This document shows positions 49,224 to 57,725 of a stretch of DNA of 64,000 nt, piece by piece; the first letter of the stretch is position 1, and each line of letters opens with the position of its first letter. The position numbers were made by a program, and so were the translations under genes. This DNA is from Planctomycetota bacterium. GTDB taxonomy: Bacteria > Planctomycetota > UBA1135 > UBA2386. Under the pieces are notes generated by a model, which was not told the origin of the DNA, made no database searches, and saw only the letters and a list, made by a program, of their open reading frames with translations. The stretch covers positions 4,064,001 through 4,128,000 of the forward strand of contig JBKAGP010000001.1 in the NCBI GenBank assembly GCA_046290465.1, written 5' to 3'.

Positions 49224-51043
49224 TCGTTCCCCCTCTCGAACCACGAGGCCTCGGGCGCACCCGAGGCGCGCTTGCCCGCCGACCAGCCGGTCTCGAGTTC
49301 GCCGTCGGCGACCACGCGCAGCTTGTGGCCGAGCACGTAGTGCGCGACGCGCTTGCGACGCAGCGGGTCGCGGAACACGAACCCCGCCGGCGTGCCGTCC
49401 AGCAGGAACCACGCCTCGCACTCGCCGTCGCCCGGCAGTTCGAAGCGATAGCCTGCCTTGCCGTGCACGTGCACGCCACCGAGCAGCAGCGCGTCCTCCA
49501 GCCGTTCGGCCACGGCGGCGCGCGGCCATAGCAGCGGGTTGCCGACCAGTTCGCGGCGCAGCCGTTCGCGTTCGCCGACGGTCAGGTCACGGGTCTCGCC
49601 GTCGACCCGCGCAAAGCCGCTGTCGGGGCCGGTGCGCACGTAGACGTCGTCGCCGATCTCGAGGCGCAGCTGGTCGCCGAAGGCGACGGCGCGGATCCTG
49701 GTGCCGTCGGGACCGCGCCGCGTCCACTGCACCGCGACCTCCTCGCCGCCACCGTCGCTGCCATCCTCGCTGCCATCCTCGCTGGACGGCCAGCGCGCGA
49801 CGATCTGGTCCTTCGCGATGCGACGATCGATGCGGCTACCGAGGCGCGCGTCGTCGCCGGTGCCGTCGCGGCTCGAACCGGTGTCGAGCATGGTCAACTT
49901 GACGGTGACCTCGCGCTCGTCGCCGAACCCGCCGGACTCGAGCGCCGGGCGGTGGCGCAGCGTCACCCAGGCCCCGGCCGGCAGCACGCCGACCATCGTC
50001 GCCAGCTGGTTGGCCGAACGCACCTCGATGCCGTTGAACTGCGTGATCTCGTCGCCGAGACCGATGCCGGCGGCCGCCGTCACCGAGTCCTTGAACATCT
50101 GCTGCACGAACACACCACGCCGGTGCTCCTTGCCCTCGCGCGAGGTCATGAACCAGGCGCTCATGTCGAGGGTGCCGTGCTCGGCGTGACGACCAGAGAC
50201 CAGGTCCCCGAGGAAGTTGTTGATCTGGTTCGACGCGATCGCAAAGCCGACCCCGACGTTGACGCGGCCGCGGTCGCCGATCGAGATGCGGCCGTTGATG
50301 CCGATGACCTGGCCCTGCTCGTTGAACAGCGGCCCGCCGGAGTTGCCCGGGTTGACCGGCGCGTCGACCTGGATGCAGTCCGGGTAGACGAGCATGCGGT
50401 TGCCCTGGCCTTCCTGGTAGCGGTGCGTGCCCGAGACGATCCCGAACGTCACCGTCGGCGTGAAGTCCGTCGCCAGCAAGAACGGGTTGCCCATCGCGAA
50501 CACGGTCTCGCCGACCAGCACCGCGTCGCTGTCGCCGAGTTCGCAGTAGGGCCAGGTCTGGCCCTCCTCCTTGGGCAGCAGGCGGACGACGGCGAGGTCG
50601 CTGCCGGGATCGATGCCCAGCACCACGCCTTCGTAGAGGCGGCCGTCGGGCAGCCCGATCTTCTTGTTCTTGTAGTGCGCCTTGCCGCTCGGCTGGTGCT
50701 CGCGCTGCCAGCGCTCCTTCCACTTCGCGACGAACTCCGCCTCCTCGTCACTGCCGCCGGGCGTCTTGCTGCGCCACTCCTCGAGCACCTCTGCCGGCGG
50801 CTCCGGCGGCTCGGGCAGCTTGTAGTCCTTGTCCGGCTGGCCGACGACGTGGTAGTTGGTCAGCAGGAAGCCGGCGGGGTCGATGATCACGCCGCTGCCG
50901 CCGCCGGGCGAGTCCATCGACATGACCGAGCAGACGGCCTGGGCGCAGCGGTCGATCACGGCGACGCGGCGAGCCTCGCTCGCGACCACGGCGTCGATCG
51001 GGTCCTGCATCGCGCAGGATGCGAGTACGGCGAGCAACATCAT
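49220..51043 (-). CDS. S1C/HtrA-like serine protease with PDZ and a C-terminal extension, triad intact
   Basis: LTNYHVV, DPGSDLAV and NPGNSGGPL motifs; possible lipobox LASC. Confidence 0.9.
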   Translation of the reverse strand: MMLLAVLASCAMQDPIDAVVASEARRVAVIDRCAQAVCSVMSMDSPGGGSGVIIDPAGFLLTNYHVVGQPDKDYKLPEPPEPPAEVLEEWRSKTPGGSDEEAEFVAKWKERWQREHQPSGKAHYKNKKIGLPDGRLYEGVVLGIDPGSDLAVVRLLPKEEGQTWPYCELGDSDAVLVGETVFAMGNPFLLATDFTPTVTFGIVSGTHRYQEGQGNRMLVYPDCIQVDAPVNPGNSGGPLFNEQGQVIGINGRISIGDRGRVNVGVGFAIASNQINNFLGDLVSGRHAEHGTLDMSAWFMTSREGKEHRRGVFVQQMFKDSVTAAAGIGLGDEITQFNGIEVRSANQLATMVGVLPAGAWVTLRHRPALESGGFGDEREVTVKLTMLDTGSSRDGTGDDARLGSRIDRRIAKDQIVARWPSSEDGSEDGSDGGGEEVAVQWTRRGPDGTRIRAVAFGDQLRLEIGDDVYVRTGPDSGFARVDGETRDLTVGERERLRRELVGNPLLWPRAAVAERLEDALLLGGVHVHGKAGYRFELPGDGECEAWFLLDGTPAGFVFRDPLRRKRVAHYVLGHKLRVVADGELETGWSAGKRASGAPEASWFERGNE

Positions 51044-51095
51044 GTCTTTGGTCGGGGCAGCGGGGGGCCCCTGTGGGTAGGTCTACTTCTGCAAG

Positions 51096-52313
51096 CTACC
51101 TCTGCACGACGCGGGCGTTCGCGAACGCGCAGAAGTCGCCGAGGTCGTAGTTCTTGCCGAAGTCGACCTCGATGGTGAGGGTCTTGGCCTTGTCGAGCGC
51201 GACGCGCAGCGCTTCGGGCTTCTGTTCGCGAAGCATCGGCTCGGACTCGAACACCTGCTTGCCGTCGACGTGCACGCGGAAGATCGCGTGCGCCGCCGGC
51301 CCGCCGCGGTCGTCGATGCCGATCATCGCCTCGAACACGTCGAAGCGGCCGTCGAGCGCGTAGGTCAGCCGCGTGTGCGGCACCAGGCCGATCCCACGTT
51401 CGAACTTCTGGCCGGCGAGCTCGAAGCCGGGGCCGGCGACCGAGCGGTTGTTGTGCCAGGGCCAGGTACGGTCGAAGGCCGGCGTCTGCTCGACCTTCGG
51501 CTGCAGGTCGGCGAGCCAGACGAGCTTGTCGCTCGACACCTCGAGCTTGTGCAGGCGGCTGATCGGCACGTCGAGCACGCAGCCTTCGTCCAGGCGACAG
51601 CGCACGCGGTCGGTCATGCTCAGCAGCTTGCCCTCGATGCGCTCGCCGGTCGTCAAGGCGACGACCGTGCGCGGGCGCGGCTGGCGGTTCGGTGCAAAGC
51701 CGGTGTTGGTCCCGAAGACGATCCCGGCGAGGCCGTCGAGCTCGAACTCGTACTCGTCCCCGCGCAGCAGGAAGTCGATCGCCTTCTCGCGCATCGCCGT
51801 CACCGTCACCTGCGAGCGCTGGGCCTGCCCGTCGCGCACGACGTAGATCAGGTCCTCGTTGGCGGGCGGCTCGGCCAGGTCCTGGTTGAACAGGGTCGGC
51901 TGCGGGCGCATCAGGCCGCCGTGACGCACCGCGCGCACGGTGCTGATCGGCAGCTCGAGCTTGGCGGCGCACGGCAGCTGGACGATCACCATCGACGGCT
52001 TGCCGTCGCCACCGGCGCGGCCGCTCAGCCGCTTGGCCGGCAGTTCGGTGCCGGAGCGCAGCCAGACGCGGTGTTCGACGCGAACGTTGCGGGCGCTGGC
52101 GCCCTCCCGTTCGAACGTCACCAGCTCGGCGACGTCGATGACGGTCTCGCCATCGTCACCGCGAACGGTCACCTTGCCGTCCTCGGCGACCGTGACCGCG
52201 CCGGTCAGCGCACGACCGTCGATCGTGCGGACCGTGCCGGTTGCCTGTGCGGGCGCCGCTGCGCAGAGCAGCGCGCCGCACGCGGCGAGAAGTACCGTCG
52301 GAAAGGCGTTCAC
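51096..52313 (-). CDS. NPCBM/NEW2 domain exported protein
   Basis: Signal peptide; C-terminal WLADL..NRSV..G..FERGIG..F.A.IGIDD..F.V.VDG..FANARV. Confidence 0.85.
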   Translation of the reverse strand: MNAFPTVLLAACGALLCAAAPAQATGTVRTIDGRALTGAVTVAEDGKVTVRGDDGETVIDVAELVTFEREGASARNVRVEHRVWLRSGTELPAKRLSGRAGGDGKPSMVIVQLPCAAKLELPISTVRAVRHGGLMRPQPTLFNQDLAEPPANEDLIYVVRDGQAQRSQVTVTAMREKAIDFLLRGDEYEFELDGLAGIVFGTNTGFAPNRQPRPRTVVALTTGERIEGKLLSMTDRVRCRLDEGCVLDVPISRLHKLEVSSDKLVWLADLQPKVEQTPAFDRTWPWHNNRSVAGPGFELAGQKFERGIGLVPHTRLTYALDGRFDVFEAMIGIDDRGGPAAHAIFRVHVDGKQVFESEPMLREQKPEALRVALDKAKTLTIEVDFGKNYDLGDFCAFANARVVQR

Positions 52314-53362
52314 TTGCGGTCGGCCTTACCGAGCTTCTTGTAGTACTCCTCGAGCATCTTCTGGTACTGCGGCGGCATCGTGTTCTGCACGTCCGCCATG
52401 ATCTTCTTGCGCTCGCTGTCGCGCATGTCGCCCCAGCGGTCGGCCAGCGACGGGCGCTTCTTCAGATCGCCGACGTTGCCTTCGCCGCCCGGCAGCGCGC
52501 TGTTGGCGGCCGGGTTGCTCGACGGACCGTTGCCCGAAGGCGCGCCCGAGGACTGGTTCTCCATCTCTTCGAACATCTCGATGAGCTCCTCGAGCTCCTC
52601 GATGTAGGTCTCCTGGTCGAGCTGCAGGGGCTTGTCGGTCTTGTTCTTGCCGAGGTCGCGCTCGGTCTTCTTCATGCCGTCCGCGAGCATGTGCAGGCGG
52701 CTCTCGCGCTGGCGCTCGAGCTCGAGCAGACGCTGGTGGGCGGCCGAACGCAGGCGTTCGCTGGCGTTGGGGAACCAGGCCAGGAAGGCGCGGAAGCGCG
52801 GGATCGCGGCGTCGATCATCGGGATCTCCGCCAGCGACTGCGCATAGAAGTAGGCCGCCTCGCCGTCGAGCGGCGTGCAGTTGAGGTTGTGCGTCAGGTA
52901 CTCGTTGAGCACCTCGATCGCGCGCTCCGGGTCGTTGCTGTCGAGGAACAGCCGCGCCAGGTGGTAGCGCACGTGCGCCTGCAGGACCGGCGACTTGGTG
53001 TTCACCAGCACCTGCGTGAGCAGCAACGCGGCCTTCGGGTCGCGGTCGTAGGCCGCGGTGACTGCTTCGTCGAGCTTCGGGAACACCTTGCGCATCAGGT
53101 CGTCGGCGGCGCGCGCGGCGCCGATCTCCTCGACCTCCTCCGCGAACGTCTTGACCTGCAGCTCGGTACCGCCCAGCTCGCGCGCGGCCTTCTCGAACCG
53201 GGCCTGATCGAAGGGCAGGAACGGGTTCTGCACCTGGATCGGCGGGACCGCCGGGAGGTGGGCCTCCGGACGGATGCCCTCGCCTGGCAGCTCGATCTGG
53301 GCGCGCACGCCGGCGGCGAGCGCACCCAGCGCGAGCAGCGCGAGGATGGACGGTGACTTCAT
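52310..53362 (-). CDS. Exported TPR-like protein with a conserved WGxM...P..Y...EEYY tail
   Basis: Signal peptide, TPR-like helices and C-terminal RWGDMRDSERKK...PPQYQKMLEEYYKKL. Confidence 0.75.
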   Translation of the reverse strand: MKSPSILALLALGALAAGVRAQIELPGEGIRPEAHLPAVPPIQVQNPFLPFDQARFEKAARELGGTELQVKTFAEEVEEIGAARAADDLMRKVFPKLDEAVTAAYDRDPKAALLLTQVLVNTKSPVLQAHVRYHLARLFLDSNDPERAIEVLNEYLTHNLNCTPLDGEAAYFYAQSLAEIPMIDAAIPRFRAFLAWFPNASERLRSAAHQRLLELERQRESRLHMLADGMKKTERDLGKNKTDKPLQLDQETYIEELEELIEMFEEMENQSSGAPSGNGPSSNPAANSALPGGEGNVGDLKKRPSLADRWGDMRDSERKKIMADVQNTMPPQYQKMLEEYYKKLGKADRK

Positions 53363-55398
53363 CAGTTGTCTCCTTCGTCTTCCTTGCCGAGCTTCTCGGC
53401 GAGGCGGCGCATGAGTTCCTTCACGCGACCCTGCTTCTTGGACACCTTGTCATAGTCCTCCTGCGTGGGCTTCTCGTCGCCCTTCAGCGCGTCGAGATCC
53501 TTGGTCTTCTTGTTCACGCGTTCTTGGAGGAACTTCAACATCTTGAGCTCTGCCGACACGGGCACGAGCGGCGGTTGCTTACCGCTTCAAGTACCCGTTC
53601 AACCCCCGCCTTCCTTCATCTCGATGGTGCGGCGCAGGGCGTTGATCAGCATCTCGAGGAGGTCCTCGATGTCCTTCTGGGCGCGGTTCATCCGCGGACC
53701 CGTTTCGTGCTTGCGCAGGCCGGCGGCGACATCGTGCAGCTCGTCGCGGAGCTGCTCGACCATCGGCGGGAACACCGCGGTCGTGCCGTCCTCGTCGAGC
53801 AGCTTCAGCGCGTCGATCGTCTCGAGCTCGAGTTCGGCCTCGGCTCCGGCGAGCGACTCGATCTTGCTGGCGAGCGCGGTCGGCAGCTGACCGTCGGCGG
53901 TCAGGATGTTCTGGCGCGAGCCATCGACCGTCTTGGTCATGATGGTCAGCTCACGCTGGCGCGCGAGCATCGCCGTGAAGCGCTCCTCGAGCGCGCGCAG
54001 GACCTCGTCCTGTAGCTGCTGACGCAGCTGCGCGAGGGCCTCTTCGAGCGCCTTCTTGGCGGCCTCGAGGTCTTCCTTGGCGTCCTGCTGCTTCTGCTTG
54101 GCCGGCTTGTACTCCTTGAGTTGACCGGCAGCGGCGCGCTGCTTCGGGACGGCCTGCTGGACCTTGTTCTTGCCCGGCGTCGGCTCGCCCTCGCCGCCTT
54201 CCTCACCCTGCTCCGCCTTCTCCATGTCCTTGGCGAGGGTGTCGGTGGCGTTCTTGGTCTTCTCCTGGTTCTTGGCCATCTGCTCGAACGGCAGCTTGAG
54301 CAGCTCGCGCTTGGCCTCCTCGGCCATCTCGTCGAGCTCCTTCATCGTCTGCTTGAGCGCCTCGATGGCCTGGTCCTGGTCCTTGAGCGACGGCTCGGGC
54401 TTCTTGTCGCCGAGCTGCTCCTGGGCCTTGCCCATCGACTTGGCGGCCTTGCTGGCGCTGCCGCTCGACTTGCCGGACGAAGGCGAACCCTCACTCGGCT
54501 TGGACTCGGACGGCTCGCTCGGCTTGGACTCCGACGGCTTCGACTCCGACGGCTTCGACTCCGAAGGCTTCGCCTCACCGGGCTTGGCTTCCCCGGGCTT
54601 GGCCTCACCGGGCTTCGCCTCGGCAGCCTTCGCCGCCTTGGCCGCCTCGGCGGCGGCCTTCTTGGCCTCGGCGGCCAACGCATCCGCCTTCAGCTCGGCG
54701 TCCTTCTTGTCGAGGTCGCGCAGGTCCTTGGACAACTCGTCGGTCGCGTCCTTGAGCTCACCCTCCTTCTTCTCGAGCGGCTCGGTCGCACCGGCGGCCG
54801 CATCGAGCGGGAGTTGGTTGGTCTCGTCGCGCAGGGCCTGCTGCTGGTTGAGCAGGTCCTCGGCGCGCTGACGCTGGGCCTCGATGTTCTTCAGGTGCTT
54901 CTCGAGGGCCTCGGCGCGCGCCGAGTCCTCCTTCTCCTGCTGCTGCTCCTTGGCCAGCTCGTCGACCCGGTTCTTGAAGCCCTCGAGCTGCTCGATGCGC
55001 TCGAGCAGCTTGCGCAGGTCCCCGTTGCGATTCTGCAGCAGTTCGAGCAGCGAGCGGAGGTCCTCACGAAGCTTGCCCATCAGCACCAGCGACTCGTCCC
55101 AACGCTCCTGCTTGAGCAGGGTGCCGGCCTTGTCGAGGCGCGAGTGGAGCTTCTTCTCCTGTACGAAGCGAAGGCCTGCGCCGAGCAGCTTGCTCTCCTC
55201 CGGCTCGTCCTTCTGCAGGACGACCATCAGCTTCTGCATGCGGTCGGTCAGGTCCTTGAACTTGCCCTCGGCAAGCTCCTGCTTGCTCTGGGCTGCGGCC
55301 GGCGGGTCCTGCTGCGCCTGCAGCGTCGACGCCATCGGCGTCATCGCTAGCAGCAGCAAGGCCGCCAACACGGCGATACCTCGTGAAATCATGGGCAC
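53362..55398 (-). CDS. Exported coiled-coil protein with two in-frame TGA codons; candidate UxxxU selenoprotein (~678 aa)
   Basis: ORFs 53599..55398 and 53362..53565 share a frame: GGC GGG GGT TGA ACG GGT ACT TGA AGC GGT AAG CAA CCG CCG CTC GTG. Hairpins follow each TGA, and the final stop overlaps the next ATG. Confidence 0.7.
54490..54625 (-). repeat. Intragenic 15-bp coding repeats (EAKPG x3, E[AS]KPS repeats)
   Basis: Pentapeptide repeats in the translation. Confidence 0.85.
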
Positions 55399-55478
55399 CT
55401 CAAAGGGTTGGCCCCGCTGGTGGGGCGTACGGGGCTTGGATGGGGTCTCGGACGAATGTCTCTTCGGCGTGGCTCCGA

Positions 55479-57725
55479 CTACTTCTTCTTCTTCTTGAAG
55501 AGGTTGTCCTCGCGATCCTTGATCCGGCGTTTGACGTCCTGGATCGCGTCACTCTCCAGGTTAATCACATTCCTGAGTTCTTCGAGTAGGGCAGCCAGGG
55601 TCTCGGCCTGCTCCATCGCCTTGATGATCTCGGCGAGACGGCGGCTGATATCCCGATAACCCTCTACGGCTTCCTTCCTTACGGCTTCATCACTGGAGCG
55701 GACGAAGTCGTTGACCAACCTTGCGGTGGCAGGGAAAGCCTCCTTGGCCAGCTGCTCGAGCGGCGCCGTGATCACGGCCTCGATCTGCCGGACCTTGTTC
55801 TCCTCGATCAGGCGGTTGTTCTCGAGCTCCCACAGGATGCGCTGGTAGGCCTCGCCGACGAAGCGCACGCGGCGGCCCAGCGCCTGCTGGCGGCGGGCGA
55901 ACACGCGGAACTTCGCGGTCGCCTCCTTCTGCCGGTCGCCGGCTTCCTTGGGATTGACGGTCTCGGACAGCTCGATCGTCGACGAGGCCTCCTGGTCCGC
56001 GATCTGCTGCAGCTCGTTGCGCTGCTCGACCTGTCGGCGGCGCAGCTCCTCGATCAGCTGGTCGCGCGGCACGATGCGGAACGTCATCGTCTCGCCGTAG
56101 CCCTCGTGCGGATCGCCGGGCCCGAAGTTGTCCTTCGCCGAGTAGCGCACCGAGAACAGCATGCCCGGCCGGATCGGGTTCTCCGGCGAGTTCTGGTCGC
56201 GCACCTTGTTCCAGGTGAGCAGGTCGACGCTGGCCTCCGCCTCGTAGCGCAGCGCGCTGCGCTCGAGCTGCACGTCGTAGATCGCCTTGGCGTCGGTCCA
56301 CGGCATCTCCGGCAGCGGCGTGCTGTTCTCGCCGCGACCCGGCGCCTGGTCCTCCTGGTAGCGCATCGACGCCATCACCTCGCGCAGACCGAAGTCGTCG
56401 CGCACGCGCAGCGCACCGGGGATGCGCGCCTCGTAGGTGATCGACGAGCCGATGCCGCGCAGACGGAAGTCGACGGTCGGCGACTTGTCCTCGCCGACGC
56501 GCAGCAGCAGCTTGGGCGGCGTACCGGCGCCGAGGCTGTCGTGGTCGATGACGTCGACGATCATCAGGCCCGACTCCTTGGGACGGAACTCGCCGGCGAA
56601 CGTCTGCTGGTCGTCGGCGACGGTCAGCGGGACCTTCTTGTCGTTGCCGAACAGCAGGAACGCCTGCTGCAGCGGCTTGCGGCTCTTGCCCGACACGCTC
56701 AGCATCGCGCCCGACGGCAGCCGCAGCTCGCCCTCGGTCGGCGGCACGTCGAACGGCTCGCGCTCCATGTATTCGGGCAGCGTGACGCGGATGGCGAGGT
56801 CGCCGACGGTCGGCCGCTCGACGATGCGCACCTTCAGCGTCGCCGGCAGCGAGTCGCCGCCCTGCACGCTGAGGTCGAGGTCGCTGACGACCGAGTCGAT
56901 GGTCCAGGTGAACTCGTCGTCGCCGGTCAGGCTCATCGGCTCGGTGCCGACGTCGCCGCCGACGAACTCGTAGTCGACGAACAGCTGGTCCGGCACCGGA
57001 CCGTCGACCTGCACGCGCACGGTCAGCGCGTCCCCCTGCGGCAGCCGCACCTCGCCCTCGCCGTCGACGAACGTCAAGGTCGTGTAGCGCGGCCAGTCGG
57101 TGTTGCTGAGGAACACGTTGCGCGCCGCCCAGATGCCGAGCGACTGGTGGTCGATGCCGGCCCAGGTGCCGAAGAACGCCAGCATCGCGAAGATGCCGAG
57201 GGCGAACTTGCGCACGCGCGCGGCGTCGATCGCCTGCGCGAACGGCACCGCCTGCAGGCGGTCCCGCAGGTTCTGCACGACCGCGGACTTCATCTCGCGC
57301 GACTCGATCGAGCGCGACTCGCGGGCGAGGTCCTGGTCGAACTGCAGCGAACTGATCAGCTGCTGGTCGAGCTGCGGGCACCTTCGTTCGATCGCCAGGG
57401 CGATCTCCTCGTCGCTCAGCTGCACGCGGATCGGTTGCAGCAGACGCCTCAGCACGATGCGCACGACGACGACCGCGAAGCTGCCCAGCAGCACCGCGCG
57501 GAACGCCCACTCGAGCCGCAGGAAGCGGTCGGTCAACAGCGTCGGCAGCGCGTACGCGATCAGCAGCAGCGCGATGACGCCGATGGTCTCGATGTAGAGG
57601 CCCTTGCGGACGCGGCTCTTCTGCTGCTGCAGACGTTCGCGCGCGGCCTGCAGCTCTTGCCCCAGCGTCGGCTGGCTCGGCTGCGGCGCAGGCGCCGGCT
57701 GCTCGGGGATGGTCGAGGTGCTCAT
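55479..57725 (-). CDS. Membrane protein with Ig-like and coiled-coil regions (DUF4175-like)
   Basis: Three N-terminal TM helices, AxxIE..PxL...LISSLQF, DDFGL and a coiled-coil C-terminus; ATGA coupling. Confidence 0.7.
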   Translation of the reverse strand: MSTSTIPEQPAPAPQPSQPTLGQELQAARERLQQQKSRVRKGLYIETIGVIALLLIAYALPTLLTDRFLRLEWAFRAVLLGSFAVVVVRIVLRRLLQPIRVQLSDEEIALAIERRCPQLDQQLISSLQFDQDLARESRSIESREMKSAVVQNLRDRLQAVPFAQAIDAARVRKFALGIFAMLAFFGTWAGIDHQSLGIWAARNVFLSNTDWPRYTTLTFVDGEGEVRLPQGDALTVRVQVDGPVPDQLFVDYEFVGGDVGTEPMSLTGDDEFTWTIDSVVSDLDLSVQGGDSLPATLKVRIVERPTVGDLAIRVTLPEYMEREPFDVPPTEGELRLPSGAMLSVSGKSRKPLQQAFLLFGNDKKVPLTVADDQQTFAGEFRPKESGLMIVDVIDHDSLGAGTPPKLLLRVGEDKSPTVDFRLRGIGSSITYEARIPGALRVRDDFGLREVMASMRYQEDQAPGRGENSTPLPEMPWTDAKAIYDVQLERSALRYEAEASVDLLTWNKVRDQNSPENPIRPGMLFSVRYSAKDNFGPGDPHEGYGETMTFRIVPRDQLIEELRRRQVEQRNELQQIADQEASSTIELSETVNPKEAGDRQKEATAKFRVFARRQQALGRRVRFVGEAYQRILWELENNRLIEENKVRQIEAVITAPLEQLAKEAFPATARLVNDFVRSSDEAVRKEAVEGYRDISRRLAEIIKAMEQAETLAALLEELRNVINLESDAIQDVKRRIKDREDNLFKKKKK

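Noticed and set aside
53362..53565. Independent 67-aa gene or frameshifted pseudogene
   Set aside because: It is in the same frame as the upstream ORF, so there is no frameshift, and it has no clear RBS. It reads as a continuation through two TGA codons. A split gene is not fully excluded.
53587..53601. Genome-wide UGA reassignment (genetic code 4 or 25)
   Set aside because: TGA is the normal stop for many genes here (fabI, lexA, gyrA, ATGA overlaps), so any recoding must be site-specific.
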